From Phoronis australis (lineage: Eukaryota > Animalia > Phoronida), in contig NMRA01000012.1 in NCBI GenBank assembly GCA_002633005.1, positions 586,487-650,486 on the forward strand: a DNA stretch of 64,000 nucleotides. Direction: 5' to 3'. A program made the position numbers and the translations under genes. Shown here piece by piece: positions 1-13,200 of the stretch. Under the pieces are notes generated by a model. That model saw nothing but the letters and a program-made list of their open reading frames with translations, made no database searches and was not told the DNA's origin. The first letter of the stretch is position 1. Each line of letters begins with the position of its first letter.

Positions 1-1122
1 GACAACTTGTAATGACATTTAACATTTTTAGATAAGTGAAAATTTACCGGGTTTTTTTGCTCCTTGGAAATCTTAGTAGAAAGTAATCAACAAATGTTAA
101 TATAGGACTAATACAAGACTGAACACCAAGCTTGGCACATAACTCTGGTCTTGTGCAAACCAACTGTTTATATTCCACGTGCCTGTTATAACTATCAACA
201 TTTCAAGCAAAGAGGATTAAAAATTGCAGTTTTACAACAGGTGATGGCCTGGCATGACTGAACACAAGCAAACTGTTGTTTTACAACAAAATTAAGAGTA
301 AAGCACACAGCAAACACAAGTTCCAGAGACAAAAAAGCAAACAGAACTTTGTCACCGACACAGGATTTAGATTTGTCCTCTAGAATAATCTAGCATTTCA
401 ATTAGCTGAAGAGAATTGACTCTCCAAATGTCTTTCTAAACAATGCTCAGGGCCTGTTAAACATGACCTTGGATAGCTTACACTCATTCCAGGGTCATGA
501 CCCCAACACTTCAGATTACTGCTGGAAAAATTAAAGAACCTAATCTACCTCTACTGAAGCAAATGCAAAAACCTTAAGGGTACGAAAATAATAAAGCGTG
601 ACTGTTGAAACATCAAGGACTGCAGTGTTCATCTATGCAACTGGCTTGAAGTGAACTGGAAAATTGACCGAGATTTTGAAAAATTTACCGAACTGATAAA
701 TATTCCATCAGTGAAGAGTTATGAACATTATATTTGTGTGGTCAGCATGAAACTACATAAACAAAAAAAATCGTAAGATCTAGGGCAGGAAATGTCCCTG
801 CAAATAGAAGATTTGTAGATTTTCTTTAAGCACATGAACAGCAGCAACACAAAAATGAAAGCAAGTATCAAATGGCCAGTTACATACATCTTAATTACTT
901 ATTTGGTCTCCTTTCAGGCTAACACCTGTAGGAACTAGAAAGTTTGCATAACATCTGAATCACATAAGTTACAATAGAACACTTACAGGCACTTATAACC
1001 TTACACTATTTTAATTAAGCGGTTTTACTTCAGGTGATATTTTCTGCATCTTTATTCTGATTGGTGAAGGTGGTGAACTCACATGAGCCTCAGTCCAAGT
1101 ACTCAACAGACCAATCACATAC

Positions 1123-1281
1123 CTGATTGCTTTTTTCGCCTTGCGTCCCCCTGTTGGAATCGGGAAAGTGTATATGACAGCCTGTGTCGGCCATGACACG
1201 TTTAATGTTGTTGCCGCCTTTCCCGATCACGTGGGAATGCTCAGTGTGCGACACGTCCATTTTTAGTGTGACCCTATTGCT
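1123..1281 (-). CDS. BICC1: BICC1 coding exon 5 (159 nt, KH domain)
   Basis: Acceptor CCTTTTAG, donor CAG|GTATGT; encodes SNRVTLKMDVSHTEHSHVIGKGGNNIKR...EKSNQ with the GXXG loop. Confidence 0.96.
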
Positions 1282-4200
1282 CTAAAAGGACCAACAGAGT
1301 ATTGGGTTAGTTACAACTGAAAAGGGATAAGATGGAGCTGGTACGGCGATGACGGCTGTGGCGGTGATTATAGTAATAATATTTATGATCACTATTAAAA
1401 TTATGGAATAACAGAATTAAACTGCACTCACAGGAAATGAAATGAAAGCTGAAGCAGAGCTTTCAATGACAGTACTAACTATAGTAACACTAACAGAGAC
1501 ACTCCTGTTTGAACCACTTCAGATCTGTTGCTGTTTCTAGTTTTTTTTTTTCAACTACTGACATACATCCTGGTGCAGATGCACAGTTCTTGCCATTTAA
1601 ATAACACTTGCCCTCTGATACTGGTACTGCCCAAGGCAATGTGGGATTAGAACATGCCCAGGTGAGTAAGCGGCCTGACCTCATCATAGAAACAAACAGA
1701 AAACTGGCAAAAGTCCTTAAAAATTTGGAAAACACAGTCATAATAGTAGCACTGATATGTTTACAAATGTCTACCAAATAGTGGATACAATTTCAACAGT
1801 GTCCTAAAAAGATAAAAATTCATTGATTAGATGTTTCTTACAAGCTATCAACACTCTTGTTATGACAGCGAGATCATCCTTATCATTTGTCAGTTCTTTC
1901 AATTTTTACACACATAGCTGATAACAAGTGCGAAATCTCTTTTATCTCACCGACAGCATACCTTTGTGTCCAAGACAGCCATAATAAGCTCACGCGCCCG
2001 TCGCACATCCTCTGGTTTACCAGCAACCTTTATGTGAGGGTCTGAAAGAAATGAAGTCGAAGCTTAATAATCAGATAACAAACACCTTTGTGAAATGATA
2101 AAGCACCTGTTCATGACATTTTGTTAAAAAACTGTTTCCTCATCGTGACTATGGAGGATTTCCAATACTACTAATACACGATGTGTATTCATGAAAACGG
2201 CATGATTTTTACCTTTCTAACCCTTCTATGGTACAGTTAGTTGAGTTTATTTTGGAGATAAGTCAAGAGTATACCCGATTTTGGTAAAACCTACATACTG
2301 TAAATCATGACTGTGAAATTAAGCCCATGAGCCTATATAGCGAAAGTTTTCCAAATACAAAGAGGCTTCTTTGGATAAATTTATAGAAATATTTTCAAAA
2401 GAACAGAAAATCTAATACCACAACCCTATTGGCTAAGCATACTGGTCATGCTATAGTAATCCATCATCAAAACCATCAGCACCTTTGTTTTCACTTTTTT
2501 GAGTCGGACATTTTGCACACTAGTGAAACAGGTGATAATTTTCACAGGTTCCCAAAATATCAACAGCTAAAAGTAAAATGACACCAGGACACAGTATGGT
2601 GGATACATGTGAAACTTTTCCTTTTTCATTTTTCCTAATAGCTAAGTATTGCCAAATGAATGCTTTTATCATTTTAAGTTTTATAACATAGATACTACTA
2701 GACAATGTTTTATGAAATTGTGGGTATTTGAGATGCAGTTAGCTTTTGAAAACTGCAAAAAAAAAATTTTGGTACTTATTTTTGTCCGAAATTGGTTAGT
2801 TTTTAACATGACCAGATTCACAAAACAAGATCAATGCACATATAAATTTTCCATTCAAGGCTTATAACCAATCATCTTCTGGAACCAGTCACTACAAAGT
2901 TGTCCATCACTGACCAATATTGAGAGGACACCTGGGGAGGTGCACAGTGGTGCATTCTGGGATAATTGAAAAGTACTGACAAATTAGTGACTACCGTAAT
3001 TAGTAGTGACTGGTCAAATTTTTCACCTGAAGAGGCACATTACAAGCCACCTGTTCAGTCTACTGATGGTCAAATAGTTAATTTGCCTCTAACAAGAGAA
3101 GACAGATTTGTTCAGGTAGACACTCCTTGTCAGGCTATCAGCCAGATTGTGTAACATGTCAATGCAACTTATGTAAACAGTAGAACAAAGCTTTTCAACT
3201 GAGAGGGATTGTAATATCAAGTTTAGATCACTCCAAGAAACTCTTCAACCTGATAGACCTATTCCAGGCTATGTTTGAAAACTTAGAAAGTAACTGCGCA
3301 TAAAAAAATAAAAACAAAACTTTCATGTATCTAACTCCCTCAGATAGGCCTGTATAATTTGTGAGCATTAGTGGACAGAAATGGGATTAAGAAATGAAGT
3401 CTCCTAAAACCACTGTCTGTGTGTGCACAAAAGATTCATGTAATCTGTAACTCACCACAGCACCATAATCCAGCAGATAAAATGTGTTAAAACAGGACTA
3501 CTTATTTTATGGGGGGGGGGCAAACACTAAAACTCAATGTAACACCTGAGTTGTTTTTTTAGAGTCAAAGTACACGTCATCTGTGCATACAACTCCACTA
3601 TTGTCATTTTTAATCAGTTTTAAATTTTTTGAATAACCACAACAAAATGAGAGGTCTGGTATTGTATTGACAGCTAATACAGGTCAACTTTGTTATGATT
3701 TCATCAGTGCAGTACAAGTGACTCCTTTAGGATTGGAACTAAGTGGGTGTATTAAGAAGCCTGAATTTACTAATACAAACATTGTTATCAGATATGCAGA
3801 GTTATCAAAAGCTTTTCATCAGGCTACAAGGTCACTCCTCTGTTATAAATACTCCAAAGATATGCAACAGTATCAGTGAATCTGACTTATCTGTCTTTAT
3901 GATACTGCCAGTCCATTAAGGCACTGTTTGGATGAGCTCTCAGCCTCTCACACAGTGCTAACTCACACTCCCATCAAGGACAAGAAAATACGTAAACAAA
4001 CACAATCACCAGGTGAAAGATAAGTATGTAAAATCTCATCTATTTACAAAAGAACAAAAGAATGGCCAGTGAAGTTTTGTGTCCGCATCTTTCATCAAAG
4101 ATCTGTAGCACCAAATTAACACATTGTCAGACTTAAGTTCCATTCCAAATCTAGGGTACCATCAGAAAATATTTTGAACAAGAGCTTGATGCACCCACCG

Positions 4201-7200
4201 TGTGTGCATCGCGACTGGCAAAGATAAAAGGGACACTAATTTTTCAAACATTTCCACAATGGTTGGATCAACACCAGTTAAGAACACATACCTACGTAGG
4301 TCAAATTTCATGAAAATCCTGGTATACATCAAGAGAGATGCAATAACATCAACTTGCCACAAAGCCACCAGTTCTTAGATCCATACAAAAATCTACACCA
4401 GTTATGCTTCCATCAACAAAAACACAAAAATCAAACTTCATAAAATTTTTTTGAACTAACTTGATAGAAATTTTGGCACGAAAAAACAAAGTTGCTACTG
4501 TGGGAGGGAGTCAAGGACAATGTGTACTCAATAGAATAACTTGTGCCAAAAAGAGTTTGGTAGACACCAAGGCAGAAGCAAAAACATCTATTATTGCCAC
4601 CATGGGGCATCGAAGTAAGCTATAAAACATAGTCGGTCATGTGGGCCCATAAAACTGTAAGCATTCATAACAATGTTAGAAGACCTTGAAAACTGGTAAC
4701 CACAATTTTGCCAATTACATGTGTACAAAAATGGTGAAATTTTATTGTTTTTGAAATCCTAATGGTCCCTAAAAACTCATTCTCACAAGAACCTATTAAA
4801 TGATTTGTCAAGACAGTGGTTGTTAGCCAAGTCATTAAAAATGACTTAAAGCTGCAGTCTTATTAAATTGTGAATATGTAAATGAATTTACAAACAACGC
4901 CAGGTCTGCAATGGGCCGGAAACCATCCGGGAACCAGTTACCATTAAATTCTCACAAAAGTACTGTTTTGCAAGACTATTTTTTATGTAAATAAGTATGT
5001 TAATATTTCATCGATAATGAAACAAGTCACAGTTTTTGTTATTTGTTTATTTCACAATCAAATAACTATTGCATAATATTTGGAATTACTAGAGTTTTTA
5101 TATGTTCACACTTGTTTTTTATTGTATCAATTGTGGTGTTTTCTTTAAACCACATTATAGTTACAAATTGATTTTTTCCTGATAAAACATGTATATGCAG
5201 TTCTCCAGGAAGTCACTAGGTGGCACTTGCTATACATTTAAATATTCAAAGTTTTAATGAGACATAACATCTTCAAGGAGAACTTCAGCCAGAAATGTTG
5301 TCCCACACTCCCACCTCCCTATTAATGAATATTTTTCCAATGTCATTGCTAAAACATCACAGTTCAGCAGTAAGGTTTATAAATTCTTCTAATAATAAGC
5401 AATTATGGACATATTATTAGAGACTTTGTAGGTTGCTAAAGTAAAATTTAATTATTTTTAGTTGAGGAGTGCAAGATCAAATTTCTGGCTTAAGATCCCA
5501 GGTTAAATGGGGAATGTTTCATTATTCAAATAAAATTAATTCTTTCTTTTCAAAAAAGTGTTGGAAAACTATAAAACACTTTGGGTGGAAGCAGACCTAA
5601 TTGAAGACTGCAGTACTTAGATGTAGTAAACCAATACACATGGATTTCCAGTAACAACACTATTGTATATTGCAGAGGATTACTTTTCCTGACTAGCACA
5701 CAATGTCTCAGTTGACCACAAGTCTACAGATAGTGCTTGGGTTTTGGAGTGAGTGACTCACAGGCCCACAAACTGACTTTTGCGTGGTCAAAACAACTTT
5801 GTCCAGTTAATGATAAGAATGGGAAGTGACTAATTGATCCAATTCCTGCCCCTGGCACAGTTAAATTGGTTCAAGAAATGGTCCAGTTAATGCATAGTAC
5901 TCTTCATCTTGCCAAAACACAAATCAATTCAAGTGAACATTATTACGACATTTGCAGCTCCCAGAAGACTGGCCTCAGGAAATTTCAACAATTAAACCTG
6001 CAATATTAAACTACCTTAATTTTGCACTTCTGCACATTTTAAACACACAAACTTATAATATAACATTTTGTTCCTCACTTATTTCACAAGAGGACACTTG
6101 ATGGGAAATTTCTTGACTCACCTAATTCAGACAGTACTTAGGAAACTATCAATGAAGTCCTAGTAATACTAACGTTGTTAATAACTATGTTAATAAGGTC
6201 TGAGCATAATATATTCACCACTGAATTCATCCTTGTAAACAGGAGACGAAAGAGGTGACCTGGATGAGTGCCTTATCCTGAGAGTCTTGCCCTCAAAGTG
6301 TGCTTCACCAATGATGGTATATTGAAACAAGAGGAAGTAACTTAATTATTCTTAATTGGATCGTATTGGCAACCAGAAAGTCACATTTTGTCAAATTCAC
6401 CAACAGGCAGTTGGCAATGCTTGGTTGCTCAGTTAATTTCGCACACTCGGCAACTGTGAAGTCTGGAAATACAGTTTATTTGGCATACCCCCACTGTTAA
6501 GAAAGTACATTTAATTTATTTTGTGCCAAATACGTGGAGAATTAACGGCCTTACAAAGATCACTTGAACATACAATAAACCTGTTTTCTGTCCAAAAATA
6601 ACGTGTGATTACCATAAGACCTCTTACCTTCGTTAAACTAGTTCAAATTATTCCCTAGTCAGATCAGAAGTGCTGTTGTAATTTCAGGTTAAATAATTTG
6701 CTGTGACATGCCAATACATTTTAACCCCCCAAAAAAGAAGCTTGGCTGCTGACTGACCAAATGGGCCATTCCCAAACCCAACGCTGGATTGAGTATTAGT
6801 TGGATAGCATGGCCATAAGGAATTAGGCACTCAAAAAACGACAAGGTGTGTTAAACCTGAACTTATTGAATCTGGTCTCAAGCAATCAATTGTCAATTGT
6901 TTCTAAGGCAACACATCACCTTAATTAAAGTATGACACAATGTAAGACTAGTTGTGACACACTAAGTGGTTTAAATCAAAACTTTGTTGTTTATTGTACT
7001 TTAAACTAAACATTATGTCAGAGAAAAATCATGGAAAGTAATGTATAGACTGATTTCCAGCTTCGAACATGTAAAATGTCTTTTGATTCAAGACTGACCC
7101 TAAGAAAGTAACCCTAGTCAGAAAATTGGAATCCAAAATGGAAAATGTTAGTGAATATGAGAAGAAACCAATAAAGAATTATCATGGTTCAGCAGAATAC

Positions 7201-10200
7201 ACCGGTTTTCAAAAAAAAAAAACTAGATAAACTTCATCACATCCCTGCCAGACTCTGCCAAACTTGGATACACTTCTTGCCAGAATTATTTGACAGTTGA
7301 GTCCAACCTTTGTCACTATAACATAACATTTTTGTATAACTTTCTGGTCTAATGTTGTTTTGCCTTGCTCCCAACTGTTTATATAAGCATAGACTTGCAT
7401 AGTAAATTGTTGGTTTTTCGACCCTATGTGTGAAACAACACCTGTCGAGATTTTGTTGAGATTTAGCCGGAACTGAAATAGATTTTATTCAAAAAGAAAT
7501 GGATATGCTCCATGTTTTATGCGAAGAATCTCTGTTGAATTTCCACCTTGTCCAACTTATTTTGGAAACTACTGAACATAGAGTACTGTTTATTTCTATG
7601 CTACTTATGGCAATAGCCTGCTATAATGTGCCCACAATTTGAGAACCAGTTTGATGACCATTATTCAGTAGAGAAAACTGGTTCCCAAAATGTGGGCATG
7701 TTATATCCGACTATTACTCTACTTTTAACAGAAAATAATAAAAAAGTTAGAAATTTTGTAAGTTGTTAAATTAGACATTTGTTGAGACAAAATCTTGTGC
7801 TACCCTGGGAAGTATGGAACAAAGCTAACTATGGTAAAAACCTGCCAATTTAACAAAAGGCATTTATTTAGGGAAGCTTACTACATTGCTATAAACCTCA
7901 ACATTTTATCACTTTCTGCTTTGTCGCAGTGGCACTGTGACAAAGTAAAATTTCCCGACTGAAAAGTTTCTTTTGGTAAATTTGACGAAAAAAACTTCTA
8001 ATCACTTAATATCTGCCACATCGTTTTCCATTTCGAAAACTTTTTTACCATTGAAAAGCTTTTTTCAGGACAAATTAACGTCTACAAACACACCATGCAG
8101 TACAGATTACTTCCTAGGGGCCCTAGACTATCGGCAATAAAAATCTTATGCTCAGCCTCTCACTCCAATTAGCAAGGTGAAGGGTAGGTTAAGGTCAGTG
8201 AAACTCTGGATTTCCACTTTCGTTTCAAATGATAACTAAGGCAAGCACAGATTCTGAATCATGACGGTAGCGTTAAAGGCATTTAACAATCTAATCACCC
8301 AAATTGCAAAGTACAAGAATAATACAAACCAATACATCACCAAAAAACATCATACAGTCACCACAGAAATGTTTTTTAAGTATTTGTTTTGTAAAAGCCC
8401 CCCAGGCTACGAGTGTGATTTTGTTATAAAAGTTTGTTTTAGACAACTGGAAGTTTTGCAAGAAGACTGTGGAGCAACAAGGTAATCAATGTAGTATGGT
8501 AACCAGTTAATTAATTACTATTGATTGGTGTGACGCACAACCATGCAACATTTGTCAATGGACTGTAGACACAATAGAATTGGCTGTGAAACAGATGCAT
8601 AAGCAAAACAATAACCATAGATTACGAACATACGCTGCACTCTGTACCTGTTCACTTTTTAATCATTGCACTGTGGAATAATTCTGTGCAAATGATTTAA
8701 AAACTATCTGAAACAATCAAAACAACAGGAGAGTGATTCACAACAACAACACTGTTTGGGGCACCTGAAAACTCCTGTTACTATGCTTTTAAATGTTACA
8801 TACATTCCTGTGGTCAGACACAGAGTTCTGGGCTCACTATGGCCAAGTAAACAACAAGTTAAATTCACAGTGGAGATGGGACACATTAAAAGCTAAACTA
8901 ACACCAGAGTTGATTAGGCGATGGGATTTCTGTCCACTTAATTAGTCAAATAGCAGTTGCCAGTGTGGTTATTACAAACAGATGAAGGCAAGTTTTCAGC
9001 AAATAAGGATGCCACACTGAACTTCCCAGTATCGTTTTATGTAACCGCATTCCTTCATGGATTTTCTAGGAACCAAATTACTAAATTGACAGAAGTGGAC
9101 TTTAAACAGTTCTTTAATCCACTTTAGTCTTGTTGAAGAGCAGTGTTCAAGTTCAAAAAATTGACAATCCGAAATTTCAATTAACAGCCACTTAGAAAAT
9201 GACAAAGAATTCTGAGAACTACCAAAGCACGTCAGACGTCACATTATAATCCATCTCTCACCCTAAATCAAAATATGGATGATGCACCATTTTATGATCC
9301 CAAATATCAGGTTTGAATGGTACTTGAGATCTATAGCCCATACTGACTACTTAATCAGCTTAACACTTCAATGTCCCCATTCAGTGAATTACAGTACCAA
9401 GCCAAGAGCAGGACAGTCAGACTGTATCTAATAAATAGACCATTGCATGTATACTCTCCACTCAAGTACACAATTCCTGGAGACATTTCAATGTTCACAG
9501 CATGCACAGGGCCAGGTGCTCACAATGGTGGACTTCATGTCCAATAGTTCAAGATCCTCAGCCTCCCAGTCACGTGTTTTAGTCATAGAGCATCATAACT
9601 TACACTTTTACCAATATTCAGGAGGCCATGCGTAGCGTAACGAATGTCACTCAACTCGTCAAATGAGACCAGACAAAATTCTCCAAATGGGAACAGAGGT
9701 CACCAAGTCTCGTTGTCAAAAATGAAATAAACAAGTTACCTCGCCACCTGAAGTGAAATACAAACAAATTCAGCAAATGTCCACCTGTGTACCTGCAATA
9801 ATCAGGGTGCAGTTTTTTTCGTCAAACGGAAAGTAGGATCGTCTCACATGCTCGATAATGCACATAATGGACAATAACTACCAATTTCTGCTTTTTGAGC
9901 CTAATATCCTGCGCACAGGACCCCTACTGAGGTGGCCAAGCAATAATTGAGTTATTCCAGTTTTGTCTGATGACTCTGATTTCTACTTGTGGCTTGGTGA
10001 CTTTGAGGTCACTAAATCAAGCCGTGTGACTCATTTCTAATTTGCTTCATGAATTTAAAGATGGTCCCCAAGTGTGAATATGGAATCCACATAGATTATA
10101 CCAGGTGCAATGTTTCGTCTTTACAAAAAAGATAACACTGCGTCAGTAATCATTTGCCTCTGACCCTCGTTGGTATGACCCAATAAAAGACTTTTGATAA

Positions 10201-13200
10201 AACAGGTCCCTCAACACCATCAATCTTTACAACATATTGTAAAGATGAGTCCAACATGTAAATGTGTTGCCATAGATAAGTACTAACTGTATCTAATTTT
10301 GAAACAACGTCATTGTGGCTGGGAGCTGATAAACCAGGAGTGTTAGCATCAGTAAATAAATGATAAAGTCGTCTGAAAAGAGACTCGTCACGTCACGCAA
10401 AGTTCATGAACTCCTACAAACGATCATCCAGGTTTGAGAAAAACAAATTTATACCAAAACTGGACATTAAGCAGATATCTAATTTATTAGCGTCCTGTAC
10501 AAATAACAAATAAGGAACAAAAAGTATGGTTACTAACGTCAATAAGACCAATTAAAAAGGCAAATACGGAAAACCATGGTGCAAACTCCCGATACCAATT
10601 CCAAAAGTTTTTTATACCTTGAAAGTGTAGTGATATTATTTGGACACCTTTGTTTATTGATAGTACTTGAGACATCTTTTTAGCCCCTGGAAACCTCCTT
10701 GTTCTTATTGCCAAATTAAGCAGATCAATTGCCCCATCAGCACAACATAGCGACTGAACCAATGAAGTACCAAGTGGAAATTTGAAATGGGAATGATGTG
10801 TCAGTGTTTGCGTGCTGCCAATAGCAACTGTTTGAAAATACCAGGCAAAAATCAATTAGGTATTGGTCTGCATGGTGGCTTCATTGATTACAGAGAAGGA
10901 GCAAGCCTGGGACTTGATCGGCAAACACAGCAGACAAGTAAAAAATTAATAAACAGTTCCATGAAAAAATCCGTAAGCCAAGCATTGTAGAGGTGCAGCA
11001 GATTTTTTCGGAAAGAAAACTCCCAAAAGTACGATAAAAAGTACCCAATTAGGGACACGGTCTAAATTTAGGACTCCAAAAATCAAACCGAAATTGAATT
11101 TTCTTTTGAAGATTAGGACACAGGCAATTTGTGTTCATTATATTTCTTAGAACCAACTAAGACTGAAAACATTACGCAGTTCAAGAAAGTGAGCACAAAA
11201 GAAGCAAAGATTTCATGCGTCCCCATGGCATGTAATAGTGATGTAAATCATAGTTTGTTGTTGATCGTAATTCTTGAATTTGAGACGGCCAAACTGTATT
11301 ACTTATTTCTAAAATTTGGAACAAGCTCTGACCTAGAGCAAAAAAAATATTTTTCACTGTGCTAAAATGGGTAATTTTTACAGCTAATAGCAAACTCAGG
11401 CTGTAAAAGTGAAACGAGAGACTTTAAAATCACTAGGTGGGACCAGTCCAACAATGGTTCTACGTGTATAGATGGGTGTATTAAGGACCATGAAGGACTG
11501 ACTGGCACCCACATGTTGATCAACTGTTTTCTCTTCTCAATGTTAAAAGAGAAGCATTTAGTCATCGGTGTCACCATCATGTCTTCCATTCAAGAATACT
11601 GTAATTTTAAAAAATTAATATTCTAGTGTTATTGAAATTACCCATGTATCACAATATAGCGGCTTGCATGAAGAGTCTGCATGAGCCAATTCTAAATAAT
11701 TTAGTAAGATTGGCATAAAAGATTCCATGATATAAGTCACAATGTAATAACAAACAACAATATTGTACATATTATCTTCATTTAGGGTTTTCATTTACAT
11801 TAATTTCAATATACTATTTGGCTGGTGGTTATATATGCGGGCAATACTCTTGTATTTCTACACTGAATAACGGGTTCTTCAAATGCGGGCACATTATACT
11901 AGACTATTGCCCATCAATATACAATATGTAACCACCTACACAGGGAAATAAAATTGTCATCAGTAATTTAATTTAATATTAAAAATTAACCTTTGGATGA
12001 TGTAAACCCAATGACAGCCACAAGCCAAATGAACACTGTAGCATGATGAAGTGATTATTTGGTGATTAACATTCTTTGGTGGCACCATTCAATCATGACA
12101 ACATTGCTAGTAAATCATACTTTATCCACAGTTTTATCAGCAGGACTGTTATCTGCTGCATAGCTCCAGTGACCAGGCATTGATGAATGAGTCTACCCAT
12201 TGAATTTTAACTGAATAGCTTCGATATTTGTTCTAATTTTTTTACACTATTTACTAACTATAGTAAAATCTCACAAACTTAGGACAAAATATGGCGGAGA
12301 AATGCAATTTCATTTTTTCCAATTTCATTGGCATACCTAATTAATATGAGAAGCAGCAACAAATTAACACTCTCATTCTTAAGTTCTACACATCAGACAA
12401 CATTTTGAGAAATTTTCAGCAAAAATGCTTTAAATTAGAAATTAAAAAGATATATTTTGGCGACTATCTCTGCCAGGAATTGGTGATATCTTACATTACG
12501 TACTATACACCGTATTCGCCTGAGTTACCGCCAGGGAGCCTAAATTGGGAATCTAAAAAATGGGGTGGGCAGTAAGCCGAGCATGGGCGGTAACCCGGAC
12601 GAGTACGGTACATACTATGTAATAATTCTAAAGAATCGAAAGCCAGCAATTGTCAGGTGGTAACAAAGACACTTAAAATAAGAATTAAGAATTTGTTTAT
12701 GGGACGTGACTCTTGTTGAAGTTGTTAAAAGTTGATACCATGTCGAAGATGAAAACTGACTTCATATTCATTCACAGAACAGGGCTCGACTTTAACTAAG
12801 CATAACATCGAATAGCCAAATGCGACCTGGCAAAATTCCTAGGTTGCCAAACGGAAACTGCAGTTGCCAAACTTGTTGGCAAGAGCCGAAAATGAAATAA
12901 ACACCTTACATGAAGTGAAAAGGCAGCGAACTCGGCAAATGTCCACCAAAGTATCTGGGTGACGGCCCCACCTCAAGCCCAATATCCTGCGCACAGGCAA
13001 ACAAATACAGTCAATTTGTGCCGAACAATTCTACTTATATATTCTGTACTATTCTGATTGTGAGCCCAAAGTGGTATGGTGACTTCATGGCGACCATGTA
13101 CCGTTACTAGGTTGCCAAACGTAAGGTCGTCAAATCGAATCCTGTATGATACCATATTTATGCAATATTTAGAAGTGCTGGCTATACATCATGAAAAGTT

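Noticed and set aside
880-925. Possible BICC1 exon 6 after an acceptor-like TCCTACAG on the minus strand
   Set aside because: In the required phase 0 it reads V-L-A-stop and does not match the expected VSIAG motif, so exon 6 must lie outside the window.
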